Below are positions 15,870-20,000 of a DNA stretch of 20,000 nucleotides, piece by piece. The stretch covers positions 175,038-195,037 of the forward strand of contig CAYXJN010000008.1 in assembly GCA_964464605.1 (NCBI GenBank), given 5' to 3'. Positions within the stretch are counted from its first letter, which is position 1. Each line of letters starts with the position of its first letter. The notes beneath the pieces were generated by a model that saw nothing but the letters and a program-made list of their open reading frames with translations, ran no database searches and was not told the origin of the DNA. The stretch comes from an uncultured Ignavibacteriales bacterium (lineage in GTDB: Bacteria > Zixibacteria > MSB-5A5 > GN15 > FEB-12). Made by a program: the position numbers and the translations under genes.

Positions 15870-17338
15870 AGTGTGTCATTTACGCCAGAGTATCATCGAA
15901 AGAACAGGAAAAGGAAGGGTATTCAATTCCGGCGCAGTTGAAATTGCTAAGGGAGTATGCCGGAAATAAGGGCTTTACGATCGACAAAGAGTTTACTGAT
16001 TCCGAAACTGCAAAATCTTCTGGCCGTCACAGCTTCGGTCTCATGATTGCTCATTTGAAAGCAAACAAAGATTCACGAGTTGTGCTTGTCGAAAAGACAG
16101 ACAGACTTTATCGGAATTTGAAGGACTATGTCACTATTGAAGAAATTGACGCTGTCGTACACCTCGTTAAGGAGAATGAGATACTGAGCAAGGACAGCAA
16201 GTCAAACGCAAAGTTCATGCACCTGATAAAAGTTGCGGTTGCAAAAAACTACGTTGATAATCTTTCAGAAGAAGTCAAAAAGGGGCTACAAGAAAAGGCA
16301 GAACAAGGCTACTGGCCGCATCGAGCGCCGATCGGGTATATAAACGACCTTTCTTCCCATACAATTTTGCCTGACCCGGACAAGGCGGAGTTTATTCGAG
16401 TGCTATTTAGCCGATACGCTACCGGCAGTCACTCGCTTAAGAGTCTCGCTGACATCGCAAAGTCGTCCGGACTCTTTTCTCGCAATTCACACGCGGTGAA
16501 CAAGGCAGGAATTCATAGAATTCTGAAAAATCCGATTTACTGTGGAGAATTTGTTTGGAGAGGAAAACGGTATCCGGGTCAACATGAGGCTTTGATCTCA
16601 AGTGCATTGTTTGGCGAAGTGCAGAAAGTATTATCAGGAGGCAGACCAAGCGGACAAGTCAGCCGCGAATTCATGTTTACCGGGATGGTTAAATGCGGCT
16701 TATGCGGTTGCTCCATGACAGCGGAGATCAAGAAGGGGAAGTACATCTACTATCGCTGTACCGGGTACAAAGGAAAATGCGGGAACACCTACATTCGACA
16801 AGAGAGATTGGACGAGCTATTTGCGGAAGTTGTCGGGCGGCTCAAGGTGCATCCGAACCTCTTCGAGGACATTCGCACTGCGTTGGTTGGAATTCAGAAG
16901 GACAAGACGGCATTTCAAACTCAATCGCTGGATGCGCTCAGTAAACGAGAGAAAAAGTTGCAGTCGATGATAGACTCGGCTTATGAAGATAAGTTGTCCG
17001 GTACTATTTCCCCCGATATGTGGGATCGCAAATCGAAAGATTGGCAAATGGAGCTGTCTGAAATTGGGTGCAAGATACGGGCATTTGATGGTGCGAATGC
17101 TGATTATTACAAAAAAGGTATCGAGATTTTAGAACTCGCTAACGCCGCCTACGGCTTGTACTTGAAACGACCCGATAAGGAAAAGCGGGAACTGCTATTA
17201 TCTGTACTATCGAACTCGTCATTTACTAAGGGAACTCTATGTCCCACATACATAAAACCCTTCGACATACTTGCCAAAGGGTCTAATTTTGAATCAATGC
17301 GGGGTCGACGAGACTCGAACTCGCGGCCTCATGCGTGA
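15866..17338 (+). CDS. Large serine recombinase (integrase)
   Basis: YARVSS with catalytic Ser, SIPAQ, DRLYR, recombinase domain (APIGY, ILKNPIYCG, HEALIS), Zn ribbon CGLCG...YYRC...C, coiled coil. Confidence 0.95.
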   Translation: MKCVIYARVSSKEQEKEGYSIPAQLKLLREYAGNKGFTIDKEFTDSETAKSSGRHSFGLMIAHLKANKDSRVVLVEKTDRLYRNLKDYVTIEEIDAVVHLVKENEILSKDSKSNAKFMHLIKVAVAKNYVDNLSEEVKKGLQEKAEQGYWPHRAPIGYINDLSSHTILPDPDKAEFIRVLFSRYATGSHSLKSLADIAKSSGLFSRNSHAVNKAGIHRILKNPIYCGEFVWRGKRYPGQHEALISSALFGEVQKVLSGGRPSGQVSREFMFTGMVKCGLCGCSMTAEIKKGKYIYYRCTGYKGKCGNTYIRQERLDELFAEVVGRLKVHPNLFEDIRTALVGIQKDKTAFQTQSLDALSKREKKLQSMIDSAYEDKLSGTISPDMWDRKSKDWQMELSEIGCKIRAFDGANADYYKKGIEILELANAAYGLYLKRPDKEKRELLLSVLSNSSFTKGTLCPTYIKPFDILAKGSNFESMRGRRDSNSRPHA

Positions 17339-17373
17339 CAGGCATGCGTTCTAACCAGCTGAACTACGACCCC
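17300..17373 (-). tRNA. tRNA-Asp(GTC)
   Basis: GGGGTCG/CGACCCC acceptor stem, D-arm AGTTCAGCTGGTTAGAAC, anticodon arm CATGC-CTGTCAC-GCATG, T-loop TTCGAGT, discriminator G. CCA not encoded. Confidence 0.96.
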
Positions 17374-17470
17374 GGCAAATCTATGGTTTCATCCCCGGTG
17401 CGTTGCACACCGCAGATTGAAAATGTCTTTTTGTACTTCGCGGTCATTCGGTTCGTTGACCGCTCAAATA

Positions 17471-17544
17471 TGGGCGGTAAAGGATTCGAACCTTTGACCC
17501 TCTGCGTGTAAGGCAGATGCTCTAACCAACTGAGCTAACCGCCC
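17471..17544 (-). tRNA. tRNA-Val(TAC)
   Basis: GGGCGGT/ACCGCCC acceptor stem, anticodon arm TCTGC-CTTACAC-GCAGA, T-loop TTCGAAT, discriminator A. CCA not encoded. Confidence 0.96.
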
Positions 17545-17593
17545 GTCAATCCCAAGCCCAGCTGACCGGCAGCCCAAGCCTGATACGAGCCAG

Positions 17594-17623
17594 CAAAGAT
17601 AGCCCGAACAGCCAAAAACGCAA
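17594..17623 (-). promoter_or_regulatory. Putative promoter of the tRNA-Val/tRNA-Asp operon
   Basis: Minus strand TTGCGT, 16-nt spacer, TATCTT(TG), followed by a GC-rich discriminator-like stretch, about 50 nt upstream of tRNA-Val. Confidence 0.45.
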
Positions 17624-17751
17624 GTGGGCTCAGGCAGTTTTTTTCACCTGTCCAAAGGCCGGTAACCCTGCGTTCCGCCGGGACTTAAATCCGGCCGGAA
17701 TCTGCCGATTATTGGTCTATATACTTCACCGTGAAAGTTAAGAGTAAAAAC

Positions 17752-17780
17752 TTGAGACGCTTTTATAATCGGCCTACCTT
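17752..17780 (+). promoter_or_regulatory. Possible sigma70 promoter for the PMM/PGM operon
   Basis: TTGAGA (17752-17757), 17-nt spacer, TACCTT (17775-17780). Confidence 0.3.
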
Positions 17781-17838
17781 CAATTATGGGACTTCGTCGC
17801 GCAAACAGCCGCTATTGGCTCCGAAAGGAAATGAACCT

Positions 17839-19182
17839 GTGCCGATAAACCCGACTATTTTTAAAGCCTACGACATTCGCGGCACGTATCCGGATCAGAT
17901 CAACGCCGATGCCGCCTATTTAATCGGGTTTTCGCTCGCCAATTATCTAAAACCGAAATCGATAGCGGTCGGCCGTGATATGCGATTGTCATCCGATGAA
18001 ATGTTCGAAAACCTCGCGCGGGGAATCAATGATTACGGCGTTGATGTGATCGATCTTGGAAAAATTTCGACTGATGCGCTGTACTTTGCTGTCGGTAAAT
18101 ACGGCTACGATGCCGGCGTGATGATTACCGCGAGCCACAATCCGAAAGAGTACAACGGATTCAAAATTTGCCGCAAAAATGCCGAGCCGCTTTCCGGACA
18201 GGATGGGCTGAACGAAGTATTGGCCGGTATAGCGGATGTTCCGAATATGCCTCCTTCTCCAAGCAAAGGAGTGGTAGCACGCAAAGATATTCTGGAAGAG
18301 TACGCGAAGCATTGTTTGTCGTTCGTTGATACTTCAAAAATCAAGCCGTTCAAAATAGTTATCGATGCCGGTAACGGCATGGCGGGAGCAACCCTTCCGC
18401 CGGTACTTGCAAAACTGCCGTTAAAGATTACGCCGCTCTACTTTGAGTTGGATGGCAGTTTCCCGAATCATCCAGCCTCCCCAATTGAACCGGAAAACTT
18501 GGTCGATTTGATCAAGAAAATCAAAGAAGTTGATGCCGATTTTGGTGTTGCGTTCGACGGCGATGCCGACCGGATGTTCTTAGTCGACAAATTCGGCAAA
18601 CCACTCGGTGGAGATATGGTGACGGCACTCGTTTCCAAGTCGCTATTGGCAAAGCATAAAAAGGAAACGGTACTTTATAATCTTATTTGCTCACGCGCTG
18701 TGCCTGAAATTATTACGAAAATGGGCGGTACGCCGCTGCGCACCCGTGTCGGGCATGCCTTAATCAAGCCGCTGATGAAAAAGCATAACGCCATTTTCGG
18801 CGGGGAACACTCCGGACACTTTTATTTCCGAGACAACTGGTTTGCCGATTCCGGATTAATCGCCTTCTTAGTCTGTGTAGAGTTGATTTCCACTGAAAAC
18901 AAACCGCTGCATGAAATGGTGGCGCAGATTGATCCGTATGTTCGCTCAGGAGAGATTAATAGCAAGGTAGCATCTGTGACCGACACGATCTCAAAGGTAA
19001 AAGCACAGTTCAATGATGGTCAGCAGGATGAACTCGATGGATTGACGGTGCAATACGCTGACTGGTGGTTCAATTTACGTCCGTCCAACACCGAACCGCT
19101 TTTACGGTTGAATGTCGAAGCAGATTCTCAGTCTATACTTGATACGAAGGTCAAACAACTTTTAGCCGTTATCCGGGGATAA
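17839..19182 (+). CDS. manB: Phosphomannomutase/phosphoglucomutase
   Basis: IFKAYDIRG, catalytic TASHNP, metal loop FDGDADR, sugar loop GGEHSGH, RPSNTEPLLRLNVE. Start reassigned to GTG 17839 after AAAGGA. Confidence 0.93.
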   Translation: MPINPTIFKAYDIRGTYPDQINADAAYLIGFSLANYLKPKSIAVGRDMRLSSDEMFENLARGINDYGVDVIDLGKISTDALYFAVGKYGYDAGVMITASHNPKEYNGFKICRKNAEPLSGQDGLNEVLAGIADVPNMPPSPSKGVVARKDILEEYAKHCLSFVDTSKIKPFKIVIDAGNGMAGATLPPVLAKLPLKITPLYFELDGSFPNHPASPIEPENLVDLIKKIKEVDADFGVAFDGDADRMFLVDKFGKPLGGDMVTALVSKSLLAKHKKETVLYNLICSRAVPEIITKMGGTPLRTRVGHALIKPLMKKHNAIFGGEHSGHFYFRDNWFADSGLIAFLVCVELISTENKPLHEMVAQIDPYVRSGEINSKVASVTDTISKVKAQFNDGQQDELDGLTVQYADWWFNLRPSNTEPLLRLNVEADSQSILDTKVKQLLAVIRG

Positions 19183-19183
19183 T

Positions 19184-19933
19184 ATGATTAAGAAGGCAGA
19201 GATATTGGTTGCCGATGATGATCCGCTTTTGCTGGAGTTGTTAGTTGATACCCTGACTACTATCGGGCATCAGGCTACCGGCGTTGAAGACGGCGTTCAG
19301 GCATTGCAAAAATTAGAAACTGCCCACTACGATTTAGTGATTAGTGACGTCAAAATGCCGAACATGGACGGGTTGCAGTTGCTTGGTGAAATTCGTCAGC
19401 GATATCCGTATCTGCCGGTGTTGTTTATTTCGGCGTATTTATCTCAAGATATGCTCGGCACGGTCCATCCGGATGGCTTTTTAGCCAAGCCGTTTCGGAT
19501 TTCTCACGTTGAAGAATTGATAAGCGAAACGCTGAAAAGAAAACGAGTCGCTCCTGCACCTGTCAAATCCCGCTATGGTCTTATTGTCAGCGGAGACCGT
19601 GAACTGCAGGCGCAAATTTTGAACGTCAGCGAAGCAATGGATATCGAATTTTTGCAGATAGCATCGATGAAGGAAGCGACCGCCCTTTTGTATTCGCAGA
19701 AAATCTCACTACTTATTAGCGATGACAGTCTGGTGCAGATGGACCAGGCGGAAGTGTTAGCACCGGTGAGACGCCAGTCGCCCGGTTTGCCGATTCTGGT
19801 ATTTACGCGGAATGTTCATGTCAGCAACGCGCTTCATGAAGCTGGCATACTCGCTGTCGATGCACCTTTTACAAATGAAAAAGTGGCGGATGCAATTTCT
19901 TCCGCGCTTGCCGTCTCTGTTCCCCTTTCATAA
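19184..19933 (+). CDS. Response regulator with one canonical and one degenerate receiver domain
   Basis: ILVADDD, phosphoacceptor SDVKMPNMDG, ISA, AKPF. The second domain (IVSGD, LLISD, ILVFT, APF) lacks the conserved Lys. Confidence 0.85.
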   Translation: MIKKAEILVADDDPLLLELLVDTLTTIGHQATGVEDGVQALQKLETAHYDLVISDVKMPNMDGLQLLGEIRQRYPYLPVLFISAYLSQDMLGTVHPDGFLAKPFRISHVEELISETLKRKRVAPAPVKSRYGLIVSGDRELQAQILNVSEAMDIEFLQIASMKEATALLYSQKISLLISDDSLVQMDQAEVLAPVRRQSPGLPILVFTRNVHVSNALHEAGILAVDAPFTNEKVADAISSALAVSVPLS

Positions 19934-20000
19934 CTCATTCTGAAATTTCCTTCCTAAAAAAAATATCCCCCTGCGAGGTGATTCCGGGTCACCTTTGTTC

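Larger units (their letters stand above)
1..17338. mobile_element. Integrative genomic island at the tRNA-Asp 3' end (left boundary not seen, probably outside the window)
   Basis: Serine integrase runs into the tRNA 3' half. Second recombinase, Xis-like and XRE genes, defence and metal cargo are on one side, housekeeping genes on the other. Inclusion of the metal cluster is inferred. Confidence 0.7.

Noticed and set aside
17297..17473. Missing 3' CCA of tRNA-Asp as damage caused by integration
   Set aside because: The neighbouring tRNA-Val also lacks an encoded CCA, so this is probably normal for the host.
17731..17838. 36-aa N-terminal extension of PMM/PGM given by the ORF track
   Set aside because: Family similarity begins at about INPTIFKAYDIRG, a GTG with SD is at 17839, and the extension overlaps a plausible promoter.
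1..20000. CRISPR array, IS transposase, rRNA, phage structural or conjugation genes
   Set aside because: No regularly spaced repeats or corresponding protein motifs were seen.

Overview
About 17.3 kb of this window (1 to ~17300) looks like the right part of an integrative genomic island inserted at the 3' end of a tRNA-Asp(GTC) gene. Beyond it (17300-20000) is host backbone: tRNA-Asp, tRNA-Val, a PMM/PGM gene and a response regulator. From left to right, the island cargo is: (i) a heavy-metal/copper cluster, with the C-terminal part of a CopA P1B ATPase, a CxxC thioredoxin-like protein, and a minus-strand operon of largely uncharacterised exported His/Cys/Met-rich proteins, two of which share a MerB/NosL-like domain, headed by a Cys-rich leader ORF ending in an RAP motif; (ii) a type III-like restriction-modification pair (mod-res); (iii) divergently, a two-gene module made of a Met-Gly-starting helical protein and a QatC/QueC-like enzyme with an extra C-terminal winged-helix-like domain, without qatA or qatD nearby, which is the best candidate for an undescribed system; (iv) a structured non-coding leader, a small ORF, an HTH/Zn-ribbon protein, a tyrosine recombinase, an apparently leaderless XRE regulator and a large serine recombinase whose C-terminus is encoded by the antisense strand of tRNA-Asp. 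All family calls come from motif recognition by eye; no database searches were run.
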